Positions 1-8,926 of a stretch of DNA of 64,000 nucleotides are shown here, one piece after another (positions within the stretch are counted from its first letter, which is position 1; each line of letters starts with the position of its first letter). The stretch spans positions 136,750-200,749 of the forward strand of contig JAFYUV010000017.1 in the NCBI GenBank assembly GCA_017549425.1. The letters run 5' to 3'. The translations under genes were made by a program, and so were the position numbers. The notes under the pieces were generated by a model. It ran no database searches. It worked only from the letters and a program-made list of their open reading frames with translations, and was not told the origin of the DNA. The DNA is from Clostridia bacterium. GTDB taxonomy: Bacteria; Bacillota; Clostridia; TANB77; CAG-465.

Positions 1-2
1 GA

Positions 3-569
3 CAAGACCCTAATATAATTCTTGTTGGAGAAATAAGAGACACAGAAACAGCAAAAACGGCTATAGAAGCTGGTCAAACAGGACACTTAGTTTTAACTAC
101 TATACATACAATTGATGCAATAGAAACTATTACAAGAATAAGAAAAATGGGAATAAGTGATTATGACGTTTCTTCTTCAATAGTAACCGTAGTATCTCAA
201 AGATTGGTTAGACAATTATGTCCTGAATGTAAAAAAGCTCATAAAATGACTAAAGACGAAAAAGAATATTTTGAAAAAGTTGAAAAAATTACAGGATATA
301 ACTTTGATTTATCTAAAGCAAATATGTATGAACCTGTTGGATGTAAACATTGTGGAAATACAGGGTTCTACGAAAGAACAGGTATATTTGAAATACTATG
401 CATAGATGAAGAATTAAAAGAAAAAATTGCAGCAGGAGCTTCTGCTATTGACTTAAGAAAATATGCTGTTGAAAATACAGAATATAAACCTTTAATAGTT
501 GATGCTGTACAAAAATGTTTAGACGGTATGACAACTATACCTGAAATTGAAAAGAAAATAGTTATTTAA
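3..569 (+). CDS. pilB: Type IV pilus / T2SS assembly ATPase (GspE/PilB family), C-terminal fragment; 5' end lies outside the window
   Basis: Frame-3 translation from the window edge reads ...ILVGEIRDTETAKTAIEAGQTGHLVLTTIHT..., followed by the C-terminal tetra-Cys motif CPECKK...CKHCGNTG typical of GspE/PilB. Confidence 0.85.
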   Translation, partial: QDPNIILVGEIRDTETAKTAIEAGQTGHLVLTTIHTIDAIETITRIRKMGISDYDVSSSIVTVVSQRLVRQLCPECKKAHKMTKDEKEYFEKVEKITGYNFDLSKANMYEPVGCKHCGNTGFYERTGIFEILCIDEELKEKIAAGASAIDLRKYAVENTEYKPLIVDAVQKCLDGMTTIPEIEKKIVI

Positions 570-593
570 TATAACACAAAAGAAGAGGTATTT

Positions 594-1682
594 ATGGAAA
601 AATTTTTAGCATTAGTTGAAAATGCTTTACAAATTGGAGCAACAGATATTCATCTTGTAAACGGGTTGCATCCACTATATAGGGTAAAAAGAACATTAAC
701 TAGAGATTTTAATATTGACGTTATGAATAAATATGATTTAGAAGGATTATTGGAGTCTCTTGTTGGAGATAGTCTTGAGCTTGTTGAGCAATTTGAACAA
801 GGAAAGAAACTAGACCTGCCTTATAGAGTAAATGAAAATGTTAGACTTAGAATAAATGCAAGTATGGCTGCAGGAGTTCCTACGTTTGCTATTAGAATAA
901 TTAGGAATATGCAAATTGATGTTGAAAGATGTAGGCTAGGTGAGATATTAGATAGGCTAAAAAAATACCATTCTGGTTTAGTTCTTATAACAGGTAGTGT
1001 AAACTCTGGAAAGACAACTACATTAAATGCATATGTGCAAGAACTAAATAAAAAAGAAAATAAAAAAATAGTTATGCTAGAGGAGCCTATAGAATATGTG
1101 CATGAATCTAATAAATGTGTAATTGTTCAAAAAGAAGTAAATTCAGCAACAGACGTTCCATCATATTATGATGGAGTTATAAATCTGTTAAGAGAGGATG
1201 CAGATATTGCTATAGTTGGAGAAATAAGAGATAGACAAACAATGGATGCGGTAGTAGATTTAGCCGAAGCAGGAGGTCTGGTTATAGGGACAATGCATAC
1301 CAGGTCTTGTGGAGAAACAATAGAAAGAATTTTATCTATGTATAATCCTAATGAACAAAAAGCTATAAAATATACTTTATCTAATATATTAAAATTAATT
1401 GTTTCTCAAAAACTGGTGAAATCTAATAAAAATGAAATAATAATGGTTCCAGAAGTGCTTGTATCTAATTCAACGATTTCTGCCTTAATTAGGCAAGATT
1501 CCTTCAGCATTTCAGAGATAAAAGATGCTATTCATTTGGGAAAAGAGCGCGGAATGATTAGTTTTGAAAAATCGTTTACAAAATTATTAAAAAGTAATAT
1601 AATAGACTTAGAATGTGTTAGAAATAACGTTGAAACTGAAAGTTATGACTTGATTTTAAACATGATGGGAGGGGATAGCTAG
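594..1682 (+). CDS. pilT: Type IV pilus retraction ATPase PilT
   Basis: 362 aa; Walker A GSVNSGKTTT; PilT/GspE secretion-ATPase fold; RBS AGAGG upstream. Confidence 0.8.
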   Translation: MEKFLALVENALQIGATDIHLVNGLHPLYRVKRTLTRDFNIDVMNKYDLEGLLESLVGDSLELVEQFEQGKKLDLPYRVNENVRLRINASMAAGVPTFAIRIIRNMQIDVERCRLGEILDRLKKYHSGLVLITGSVNSGKTTTLNAYVQELNKKENKKIVMLEEPIEYVHESNKCVIVQKEVNSATDVPSYYDGVINLLREDADIAIVGEIRDRQTMDAVVDLAEAGGLVIGTMHTRSCGETIERILSMYNPNEQKAIKYTLSNILKLIVSQKLVKSNKNEIIMVPEVLVSNSTISALIRQDSFSISEIKDAIHLGKERGMISFEKSFTKLLKSNIIDLECVRNNVETESYDLILNMMGGDS

Positions 1683-3013
1683 TGCCTGAATTTAGATATA
1701 GGGGAATGCTTAGAAACGGGAAAACAATAAGAGGTGTAATGACGGCAAGAAACAAAAGAGATGTTATAAAAAACCTAAAAACCTCTAGAATTCAACCTAT
1801 AAGAATAAGATCTAGGAAAAATGTTACTATTACTAATACTAAAATAGATTCTAAAAAGCTTATGAACATACAAGCTGATGTTGAGAGGACTAAAGTTTCT
1901 TCTAGAAAACCAGTACAGAAAAAAGGCTTCGGTGCTATTCTTACGTCAGATATTTCTTTTGGAATATCTAATAAAGACATACTAACTTTTACTAATAATT
2001 TATATATATTGAAAAAGGCTAAATTTAACAACATAGATGCTTTTGAATCTTTGTATGGAAGTACTGAGAATTCTAAGTTAAGAGATATTATAGATGATAT
2101 ATTAATAGGTATTGAGGGTGGTTACAAAATTCATGAAATGATGCAAATGTATCCTAAAGTGTTTCCGCCGTTGTACACAAACTTTGTAAGAGTTGGTGAA
2201 GAGTCAGGTTCCTTAGATAAAGCTTTACTATATGCAAGAGATTATGTTGAAAGCGATATGAAACTAAAAAAGCAAATAAGAGGAATTTTAATACCCAAAG
2301 TATTAATGTTTGTTGGTGTTTTAATAATTACTGTTATAGCGCTTTTGTGGGGAACACCTTTAATTCAAAATGTATATGATATGTTTGGGTCAGACAAAAC
2401 CTTGCCAAAAGCCACTTTAGTTGCTATTGATGTATCAAAATGGATTTTAGCAAATTGGTATATAGTGGTTACGGCAATACTCGGAATTATAGCGATTTTT
2501 ATTGCTTATGTTCGAACGCCACTAGGAAGATATCAAATAGATAGGATAAAGATAAGATTTCCTGTTTTTGGAAGATTAACTTTAAACATAATAACAAATA
2601 AATTCTTTAGAGCTATGTTATTAAATATTCGAAATGGTCTAAGAATACAGGAAGCGTTAGATGTTGCTAAGAGCGTAACAGACAATTATTATTTCTTGTC
2701 CTTAGTTGAAATAGGAAAGGGTAATTTGTTAGCCGGAGGTTCTTGGGTTGAACCCTTTGAAGCTGCTAAGGCTCTTCCACCGATAGCGATTCAGATGATA
2801 AACATTGGTATGAAATCTGATTTGGCTGAGATGATGGAAAAAGTTTCAGAGTATATACAACAAGAAATTGATGAAGCTATAGCAAAAACAGTAAAAGCAT
2901 TACCAGAAATTATGTATATTTTTATAGGTATCATATTAATATTCTTTGTAATAACTATAATGGTTCCACTTATGGAAGTATACATGGGTAACTTCTTGTT
3001 TGATATGATGTAA
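1682..3013 (+). CDS. pilC: Type IV pilus platform protein PilC (GspF family)
   Basis: 443 aa with two GspF-like repeats and three TM segments; GTG start overlaps the pilT stop. Confidence 0.8.
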   Translation: MPEFRYRGMLRNGKTIRGVMTARNKRDVIKNLKTSRIQPIRIRSRKNVTITNTKIDSKKLMNIQADVERTKVSSRKPVQKKGFGAILTSDISFGISNKDILTFTNNLYILKKAKFNNIDAFESLYGSTENSKLRDIIDDILIGIEGGYKIHEMMQMYPKVFPPLYTNFVRVGEESGSLDKALLYARDYVESDMKLKKQIRGILIPKVLMFVGVLIITVIALLWGTPLIQNVYDMFGSDKTLPKATLVAIDVSKWILANWYIVVTAILGIIAIFIAYVRTPLGRYQIDRIKIRFPVFGRLTLNIITNKFFRAMLLNIRNGLRIQEALDVAKSVTDNYYFLSLVEIGKGNLLAGGSWVEPFEAAKALPPIAIQMINIGMKSDLAEMMEKVSEYIQQEIDEAIAKTVKALPEIMYIFIGIILIFFVITIMVPLMEVYMGNFLFDMM

Positions 3014-3016
3014 TAA

Positions 3017-3052
3017 AAAATGAAGTGTATTTTAAAATACACTTCATTTTTT
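3017..3052. terminator. Bidirectional rho-independent terminator between pilC and the convergent spoVA-region genes
   Basis: Perfect hairpin AATGAAGTGTATTTT/AAAATACACTTCATT followed by a T-run. Confidence 0.7.
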
Positions 3053-3081
3053 GCATCTAGAAAATAAAAAGATAGATTATT

Positions 3082-3330
3082 TTACTCTGATGTTACAACT
3101 TGTTTTACTGCGTCTATATCAGCTTGACCTGCTGGAGCAGCTGGCACATAATATCCATTTTCTTTTGCAATTAAATAAATTTCCCATTGTAAATCTTCTA
3201 CTTGATTTCTAAAAGTAGTAAAAGTGTCTCTTAAGTTTTTATTGTTGGATTGAACAACAGAATAAGTTAGCATATTGTTAAATGCATTTAAACTAGATAA
3301 AGTATCAGCTATTGCTTGTTTTTCATTCAT
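3082..3330 (-). CDS. Coat F domain (CotF-like) spore coat-type protein
   Basis: 82 aa; ...LTYSVVQSNNKNLRDTFTTF...EIYLIAKENGYYVPA fits the Coat_F consensus (Y..a..E..n..LR ... kGwY); sits downstream of the spoVA operon. Confidence 0.5.
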   Translation of the reverse strand: MNEKQAIADTLSSLNAFNNMLTYSVVQSNNKNLRDTFTTFRNQVEDLQWEIYLIAKENGYYVPAAPAGQADIDAVKQVVTSE

Positions 3331-3341
3331 AATAATACCTC

Positions 3342-3524
3342 CTATAACATATTAGATAGAGCTTGCTTTAATTGGTCGCAAGTGCCACAAATTTTAGTCA
3401 TAATATCAATGGCTTTTTGATTGTTAGTTATTGTTTTGTAGTATTCTATTTTTTTGCATAAATCACTACTAGCTCCACAAGTATGTCTAATATCTTGTAA
3501 TTCCATTTGGTTTAATGTATCCAT
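3342..3524 (-). CDS. Small Cys-containing hypothetical protein, co-oriented with the CotF-like gene
   Basis: Start chosen at MDTLNQ... with RBS AAAGGAGG; four Cys residues; no family recognised. Confidence 0.35.
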   Translation of the reverse strand: MDTLNQMELQDIRHTCGASSDLCKKIEYYKTITNNQKAIDIMTKICGTCDQLKQALSNML

Positions 3525-3608
3525 ATTTTTACCTCCTTTATACAAATACATAAATAGTATGAGTTTAAATAAAATTTTTATGTTAGAAAAATTTTCAAAA
3601 TTTTAAAT

Positions 3609-3983
3609 TTATTTTACGTCTTTTATATCCGGTTTTGATATTAAAGCAAAAAGATATCCGAATATGATTGCTGCACTAATACCACCAGCTGCAGCTTTTA
3701 TACCTCCGGTAAAAATCCCTATGGCACCTTCTTTTTCCACTTCTTCTATAACTCCGGTGGCAAGGCAATATCCAAAACCAGAAATAGGCACAGTAGCTCC
3801 AGTTCCTCCAAAATCTACAATATATTGATAAATTCCAAGGCCTGTAAGAATTACTCCGGCTGTAACAAAGAATACTAAAATTCTTGCTGGTGTTAATTTT
3901 GTCTTATCTATAAGGATTTGACCAATAACACAAATTAAACCGCCTGTTAAAAAAACTTTTAAATATTGTATTAATATATCCAT
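3609..3983 (-). CDS. spoVAE: Stage V sporulation protein AE (SpoVAEb)
   Basis: 124-aa membrane protein with the ...FGGTGATVPISGFGY... SpoVAE signature; last gene of the spoVAC-AD-AE operon. Confidence 0.8.
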   Translation of the reverse strand: MDILIQYLKVFLTGGLICVIGQILIDKTKLTPARILVFFVTAGVILTGLGIYQYIVDFGGTGATVPISGFGYCLATGVIEEVEKEGAIGIFTGGIKAAAGGISAAIIFGYLFALISKPDIKDVK

Positions 3984-3992
3984 TTTAACACC

Positions 3993-5012
3993 TCATATAT
4001 TTTCTATAGCTACTGCGTGTGCAATAGAGGGAATAGATTCTCCTTGGCCTAAAGATACCGGGCTCATTAAAGCACCTGTAGAAATTAAAAGGACTTTATT
4101 TAAACTTTTGTCTAATAATTTTTTATATATAAATCCACTAAAAACAGAGGCACTACAACCGCATCCACTTCCACCGGCTTTTGTGTCTTGGGCAGAGCAG
4201 TCAAATATCATTAAACCGCAGTCGTTGTGAACATGAGAAATGTCTATTCCATATTTTTGTAATTGCTCTATTAGAATTTCTGAACCAAGTTTTCCTAAAT
4301 CGCCAGTTACAATTAAATCATAGTAATTTGCGTCACGCCCTGTATCTTCTAAATGAGTTATTATAGTATCAAAAGCAGCGGGCGCCATAGCTGCTCCCAT
4401 GTTTGCAATATCTGTTATTCCCATATCAATAACTTTGCCGGGAGTAGCATATGTAATTTTAGGATAATGATTTAATTTATCTTCTTTTGAATTTGAAATT
4501 AAAGTGGCTCCAGAACCTGTAACTGTCCATTGACCGGTAGGAGGAGTTTGAGTTCCTTGTTCTAGAGGAAGTCTAAATTGTCTTTCAGCTGAACAGAAAT
4601 GAGACGAGGCTGCTGCTATACAGTTTGTAGCATAACCAGCATTAACAAAAGAAGCAGCAAGTATATTGGCTTCAGAAAATGTAGAACAAGCGCCATATAA
4701 TCCAAAGAATGGAATTTGTAATTCTCTTAGTGCATAACCAGAGCTAATACATTGATTTAACAAGTCCCCAGAGAACATATACTCTATATCTTTGATATCA
4801 GTTTTAGACTTATTTAGAGCCATATTTACAGCATGCTGTATAAGTTTAGATTCTGCTTTTTCAAAGGAATCTTCACCAAAATACACATCATCAAGAACGG
4901 TATCAAAGAAGCCACTTAATGGACCAGATTTTTCTTTTGGACCAACAACACTTCCACATTCTCGAATTATAGGGGTGTTTTCAAATTTTATTGTTTGTTT
5001 ACCAATTTTCAT
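3993..5012 (-). CDS. spoVAD: Stage V sporulation protein AD (SpoVAD, thiolase-like DPA-binding protein)
   Basis: 339 aa; thiolase / beta-ketoacyl-synthase-like sequence typical of SpoVAD. Confidence 0.9.
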   Translation of the reverse strand: MKIGKQTIKFENTPIIRECGSVVGPKEKSGPLSGFFDTVLDDVYFGEDSFEKAESKLIQHAVNMALNKSKTDIKDIEYMFSGDLLNQCISSGYALRELQIPFFGLYGACSTFSEANILAASFVNAGYATNCIAAASSHFCSAERQFRLPLEQGTQTPPTGQWTVTGSGATLISNSKEDKLNHYPKITYATPGKVIDMGITDIANMGAAMAPAAFDTIITHLEDTGRDANYYDLIVTGDLGKLGSEILIEQLQKYGIDISHVHNDCGLMIFDCSAQDTKAGGSGCGCSASVFSGFIYKKLLDKSLNKVLLISTGALMSPVSLGQGESIPSIAHAVAIENI

Positions 5013-5021
5013 ATTTTCCTC

Positions 5022-5483
5022 CTAACTGCAAAGATTAATTAGCCAATAGACAAGACCTACTAAAATAGAACTACCTATTCCATAAACCAGGACAGGTCCT
5101 GCAACTTTAAACATATTAGCACCAATTCCAAGGATAATCCCTTCTGTTTTATATTCAATAGCGGGAGAAACGATTGAATTTGAGAAACCGGTTATTGGTA
5201 CTATAGAGCCGGCACCAGCAACTTTCCCTATTTTTGCATATAATTTTAAGGAGGTAAGAAGAGCAGCTATAAAGATTAACGAAATAGAAGTTAATGTAGA
5301 AGCAGACTTTTTATCTAAACCATTATTCATTCCAAAATCCATAATTATTTGCCCAATAACACAAATGAATCCTCCTATAATGAAAGCTATAATACAGTCT
5401 TTTATAATATTACTTTTAGGAGATTTGTTTTCAACGTACTCTTTGTATTGTTTGTCATTCATTCCCATTTTTGTATAATTCAT
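5022..5483 (-). CDS. spoVAC: Stage V sporulation protein AC
   Basis: 153-aa four-TM protein; RBS GTGGTGA upstream; first gene of the spoVA operon on the minus strand. Confidence 0.85.
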   Translation of the reverse strand: MNYTKMGMNDKQYKEYVENKSPKSNIIKDCIIAFIIGGFICVIGQIIMDFGMNNGLDKKSASTLTSISLIFIAALLTSLKLYAKIGKVAGAGSIVPITGFSNSIVSPAIEYKTEGIILGIGANMFKVAGPVLVYGIGSSILVGLVYWLINLCS

Positions 5484-5598
5484 AAAATCACCACAAATAT
5501 TATTTGTGAAAAAATAGTAAAATATGCAAAATTGTTTTAATTAAAGAAAATAATTGACTTTATCTATTTCATATATTAGTATATTGGTAGGTGTTAAT

Positions 5599-6447
5599 AT
5601 GAATAAATATACAAATAATGAAATAGAACATATAATATTGGAAAATGGAATTGAATACTTACAATTTAAAAAATTAAAAAAATATAACGATAAATTAATT
5701 CATGCCACATTTTTACGTCATGGTGGAGAAAGCGCGGGAATTTATAACAGCTTAAACTTAAGGTTAGCTAGTAAGGATGAAAATGTTTTAAAAAATTTTA
5801 AAAAAATAGCAGAAGTATTAGATGTAGACGAAAAAAATATTTGTAAAGCAAGGCAAACACATACTGCTAACGTGCTAACAATAGATTCAACTAACAAAGA
5901 AGAATTTTCTATCTTTTCAAATAATAGTTTGGAAGCTGATGCATATCTTATGAGAGATAAAGATATTTATTCTATAATTACAACAGCTGATTGTATTCCA
6001 ATTATTATGTACGATAAAGAGCAAAATATAGCTGTAAATATTCATAGTGGTTGGAAGGGAACAATACAAAAAATATATATGAAGGCTTTAGAAAAATTAA
6101 TTATAAATTATAATTCAAAGCCAGACAATATAATAGTGTGTCTTGGACCAAGCATTGGTAAATGCTGTTTTACAAGTAAAGAAGATACTTTTAAACAAAA
6201 GTTTATTGACATTTGGCCTTATGAAGAAGATTATATTTACTATGAAGAAGATTGTGAGACATTTCATATAGATATGAAGAAGAAAATAATTGAAGATTTA
6301 ATAATAGGTGGAATAAAAGAAGAGAACATATCTAACGCAGAAATTTGTACTAAATGTAATAACACAGACTTTTATTCATATAGAGTTACAACTCAAAATA
6401 AAGAGGAAGATTATGCAACTTTTGGAACTGTAGTAGGTTTAAAATAA
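5599..6447 (+). CDS. pgeF: Peptidoglycan editing factor PgeF / YfiH (DUF152, Cu-oxidase_4) purine-nucleoside-phosphorylase-like enzyme
   Basis: Start at MNKYTNN; conserved ...IHATFLRHGG...HTANV...ADCIPII...HSGWKG... pattern of YfiH-family proteins. Confidence 0.75.
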   Translation: MNKYTNNEIEHIILENGIEYLQFKKLKKYNDKLIHATFLRHGGESAGIYNSLNLRLASKDENVLKNFKKIAEVLDVDEKNICKARQTHTANVLTIDSTNKEEFSIFSNNSLEADAYLMRDKDIYSIITTADCIPIIMYDKEQNIAVNIHSGWKGTIQKIYMKALEKLIINYNSKPDNIIVCLGPSIGKCCFTSKEDTFKQKFIDIWPYEEDYIYYEEDCETFHIDMKKKIIEDLIIGGIKEENISNAEICTKCNNTDFYSYRVTTQNKEEDYATFGTVVGLK

Positions 6448-6466
6448 ATAATGGGAGATGTTTATT

Positions 6467-6799
6467 ATGGAAAAAGAGATTAATAAATATAGCGCTGTTT
6501 TTTCAGGACAAGAACTAAAGTTAGAAGATGAAGAATTTAATGGGGGAGTTATAACTGCAGTTTTTGGGGGCGTTGATTTGGATTTATGTAGAACAGTTAT
6601 AACAAAAGATGTAGAAATAAAAGCCAGGTGCTTTTTTGGCGGAATAGATATAATATTGCCAGAAGATATAAACGTAGAGGTAACGTCTTTCGCACTATTT
6701 GGAGGAGTAACAAACAAAAAAAGTAAAAAAAATAAAAGTGACAAAAACACGGTTACAGTAAGGATTGTAACTATGTTTGGAGGAGTAGATATAAAATAA
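6467..6799 (+). CDS. Small soluble protein with a LiaF-like C-terminal domain (DUF2154)
   Basis: Four spaced repeats of (A/C/L/M)FGG(V/I)D (AVFGGVDL, CFFGGIDI, ALFGGVT, TMFGGVDI) as in the LiaF/YvqF C-terminal domain; start chosen at the second ATG, which has RBS spacing. Confidence 0.45.
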   Translation: MEKEINKYSAVFSGQELKLEDEEFNGGVITAVFGGVDLDLCRTVITKDVEIKARCFFGGIDIILPEDINVEVTSFALFGGVTNKKSKKNKSDKNTVTVRIVTMFGGVDIK

Positions 6800-6824
6800 T
6801 TTTTGAAAAAATTACATAAAACAC

Positions 6825-6853
6825 TTGACATAAAGTTTTTGAGGAGTTACAAT
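6825..6853 (+). promoter_or_regulatory. Consensus sigma-A promoter upstream of the leader uORF and ABC transporter
   Basis: TTGACA, 17 nt, TACAAT. Confidence 0.6.
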
Positions 6854-6950
6854 GAAGTTATGATGGTAATTAAATCCAGGTAGATTTACTTATTGTCTAA
6901 AGATAAACTAAAAATTGACATATGAATTGAAAAAGAAGGAGGAAATTGGT

Positions 6951-7046
6951 ATGACAATGTGGTTTGAACTTAATAAATCTTATATATTACCTGTTGAAGT
7001 GAGATTCGCTTCAGCTGAATTTGTCGTACCTAGATTATCCTTATGA
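6951..7046 (+). CDS. Candidate regulatory leader peptide (31 aa: MTMWFELNKSYILPVEVRFASAEFVVPRLSL)
   Basis: Strong RBS AAGGAGGAAATTGGTATG; lies between the promoter and a terminator hairpin upstream of the ABC ATPase; absent from the ORF track because it is under 60 aa. Confidence 0.3.
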   Translation: MTMWFELNKSYILPVEVRFASAEFVVPRLSL

Positions 7047-7094
7047 TATAGGTGTAATTTTGGCATAAATAAATTACACAAAAACAAGAAAATT

Positions 7095-7140
7095 AAGGTG
7101 TATAGGTAGACGAAAGTTTTACTTATGCACCTTTTTTATA
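7095..7140 (+). terminator. Intrinsic terminator / attenuator hairpin in the ABC transporter leader
   Basis: 15-bp stem AAGGTGTATAGGTAG / TTACTTATGCACCTT (three G-U pairs), 9-nt loop, then TTTTTTAT; ends 30 nt before the ATPase start; a second hairpin GGTGTAATTT/AAATTACACA lies just upstream at 7049-7080. Confidence 0.5.
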
Positions 7141-7169
7141 ATTATTTTTATTTTAAGGAGGGCTTTATT

Positions 7170-8156
7170 ATGAAAAAAGCTATAGTTGTTTCTAATTTGA
7201 CCAAGGTGTTCGAGACGAGGAAAAAGAATAAGGAAGGTAAAAAAGAAAAAGTAAAGTTTACAGCAGTAGACAACATTAATTTTAAAGTTGAACAGGGAGA
7301 AATTGTAGGGTTTATAGGTCCCAACGGTGCAGGCAAATCTACAACAATAAAGATGATGACAGGTATACTTTATCCAACAAGCGGAGATGCGTGTGTTGCA
7401 GGCTTTAATCCTTGGAGAGAAAGGAAGATTATGACATACAAAATAGCTACTATGTTTGGTCAGAAATCTTCTCTTATTGCTCATCTTCCAGTTATAGAAA
7501 GTTATAGATTGCTTGGAGCGATTTATGACATTGAAAAAAATGTTTTGGAGGAAAGAATACAGGAAATTGTCGAATTTTTTGGCATATCTCACCTCATAGA
7601 ACAAAAAGTTAGTAGTTTATCTTTAGGACAGAGGATGATTTGCGAAGTGGCAGCTGTTACTTTGCATAGACCAGAAATTATATTTTTTGATGAACCTACA
7701 ATAGGTTTGGATCTTGTAGCCAAAAAAAAGGTTCGAGACATGATTGAAATGCTCAACAAAAAATATAACACAACAATATTTATAACAAGTCACGATATTT
7801 CAGATATTGAAAAGCTTTGCTCTAGAATAATAATTATAAATCATGGCAAGGTTATGCTTGACAATAGTATTTTGGAGATAAAGAAGAAATATTTGACTTT
7901 AAAAAAGCTTGATGTAACTTTTGATTGTGACGTAGATGTTAAAACAGCTGAAGATAAACTTAAGACCTTTAATTATGCATTTGAAGGACAAGATAAAGTA
8001 TCTATTGAGTTTGATGAGTCTTTGATAAAGCCAGGTAAGATAATTGCAAAACTTTTGGAAGTAGGAGATATAGCAGATATGACTATTTCTACAACTTCAC
8101 TTGAAAACATTATATACGATATTTACACGGATAAATCAAAGGAGGAAGAAACATGA
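7170..8156 (+). CDS. ABC transporter ATP-binding protein with a roughly 100-aa C-terminal extension (module 1)
   Basis: Walker A GPNGAGKST, signature LSLGQRM, Walker B IIFFDEPT; start at MKKAIVV with RBS AAGGAGGG. Confidence 0.85.
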   Translation: MKKAIVVSNLTKVFETRKKNKEGKKEKVKFTAVDNINFKVEQGEIVGFIGPNGAGKSTTIKMMTGILYPTSGDACVAGFNPWRERKIMTYKIATMFGQKSSLIAHLPVIESYRLLGAIYDIEKNVLEERIQEIVEFFGISHLIEQKVSSLSLGQRMICEVAAVTLHRPEIIFFDEPTIGLDLVAKKKVRDMIEMLNKKYNTTIFITSHDISDIEKLCSRIIIINHGKVMLDNSILEIKKKYLTLKKLDVTFDCDVDVKTAEDKLKTFNYAFEGQDKVSIEFDESLIKPGKIIAKLLEVGDIADMTISTTSLENIIYDIYTDKSKEEET

Positions 8157-8926
8157 AAAAGTATTTAGCCTTTATGACCACAACTATTAAAGAGGAAATG
8201 AATAGTATTACTAATATGTTTTCAACATATTTTGCTTTTATTATTCACATTCTTATGTTTTCGTGTTTGTGGGATTTTGTACTTGAAGGAAAGACCATGG
8301 CGGGGTTTACTAAAACAGATCTGATTTGGTATGCAATTATGGCTGAAATAATAACGTACTCGTTTAATTATTATTATAAAAAAGTTGCATACAAAATTGA
8401 AAGTGGAGATTTCGCATATGGCATGAGTAAGCCTTATAATTTTTTGGCAAGAATTATTGCCGAAGGTATTGCTGAACTTCCTATGACAATTATGTTTATT
8501 GCTATTGGAAGCGTGTTGGGCCTTATTTTAGTTGGACCGTTAAAAGTTAGCGCAGTGGGGTTAACATGTACATTGTGTATTATACTTATTGCCGTTATGA
8601 TTTTGCTTTGTTTGAATATTTTAGTTGGAATGATTTCAATTTGGATAGGAAGAGATGTTTCATCTATTTGGCTTTTGATAGGCAAGATGATGTTAATATT
8701 TGCATTTACTCCATTGGAACTTTTCCCTAAAGTTATTCAAATACCGCTTCTTTGTTTACCAACAACACATGTTATATATACACCGGCAAAGTTATTTGTA
8801 CATTTTTCGCCGTGGCTGTTTGTTAAGTCTTTAGGCTTTGAACTTATATCTTTGGGTATAATAGTGTCAATTTTAACAATCGTATATATGAAAGGAGTAA
8901 AGAAACAAAATGTTGAGGGTGTTTAA
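8153..8926 (+). CDS. ABC-2 family transporter permease (module 1, permease A)
   Basis: 257-aa polytopic membrane protein translationally coupled to the ATPase. Confidence 0.7.
   Translation: MKKYLAFMTTTIKEEMNSITNMFSTYFAFIIHILMFSCLWDFVLEGKTMAGFTKTDLIWYAIMAEIITYSFNYYYKKVAYKIESGDFAYGMSKPYNFLARIIAEGIAELPMTIMFIAIGSVLGLILVGPLKVSAVGLTCTLCIILIAVMILLCLNILVGMISIWIGRDVSSIWLLIGKMMLIFAFTPLELFPKVIQIPLLCLPTTHVIYTPAKLFVHFSPWLFVKSLGFELISLGIIVSILTIVYMKGVKKQNVEGV

Noticed and set aside
1792-2034. Minus-strand ORFs of 60-160 aa inside pilC, the ABC genes, trmFO, holA, gpr, recJ, relA, P3 and others (for example 1792-2034, 2791-3042, 6439-6831, 7119-7604, 13334-13708, 15858-16304, 31609-32223, 33439-33843)
   Set aside because: They lie antisense within well-supported genes, have low-complexity composition typical of AT-rich antisense frames, and lack an RBS. 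I treated them as spurious.
5501-5528. Possible forespore sigma-G/F-type promoter (GCATA, about 16 nt, CACAAATA) upstream of spoVAC on the minus strand
   Set aside because: The match to the -35 GCATA / -10 CATACTA consensus is weak and the spacing is ambiguous. It is plausible biologically, but I did not report it as a feature.
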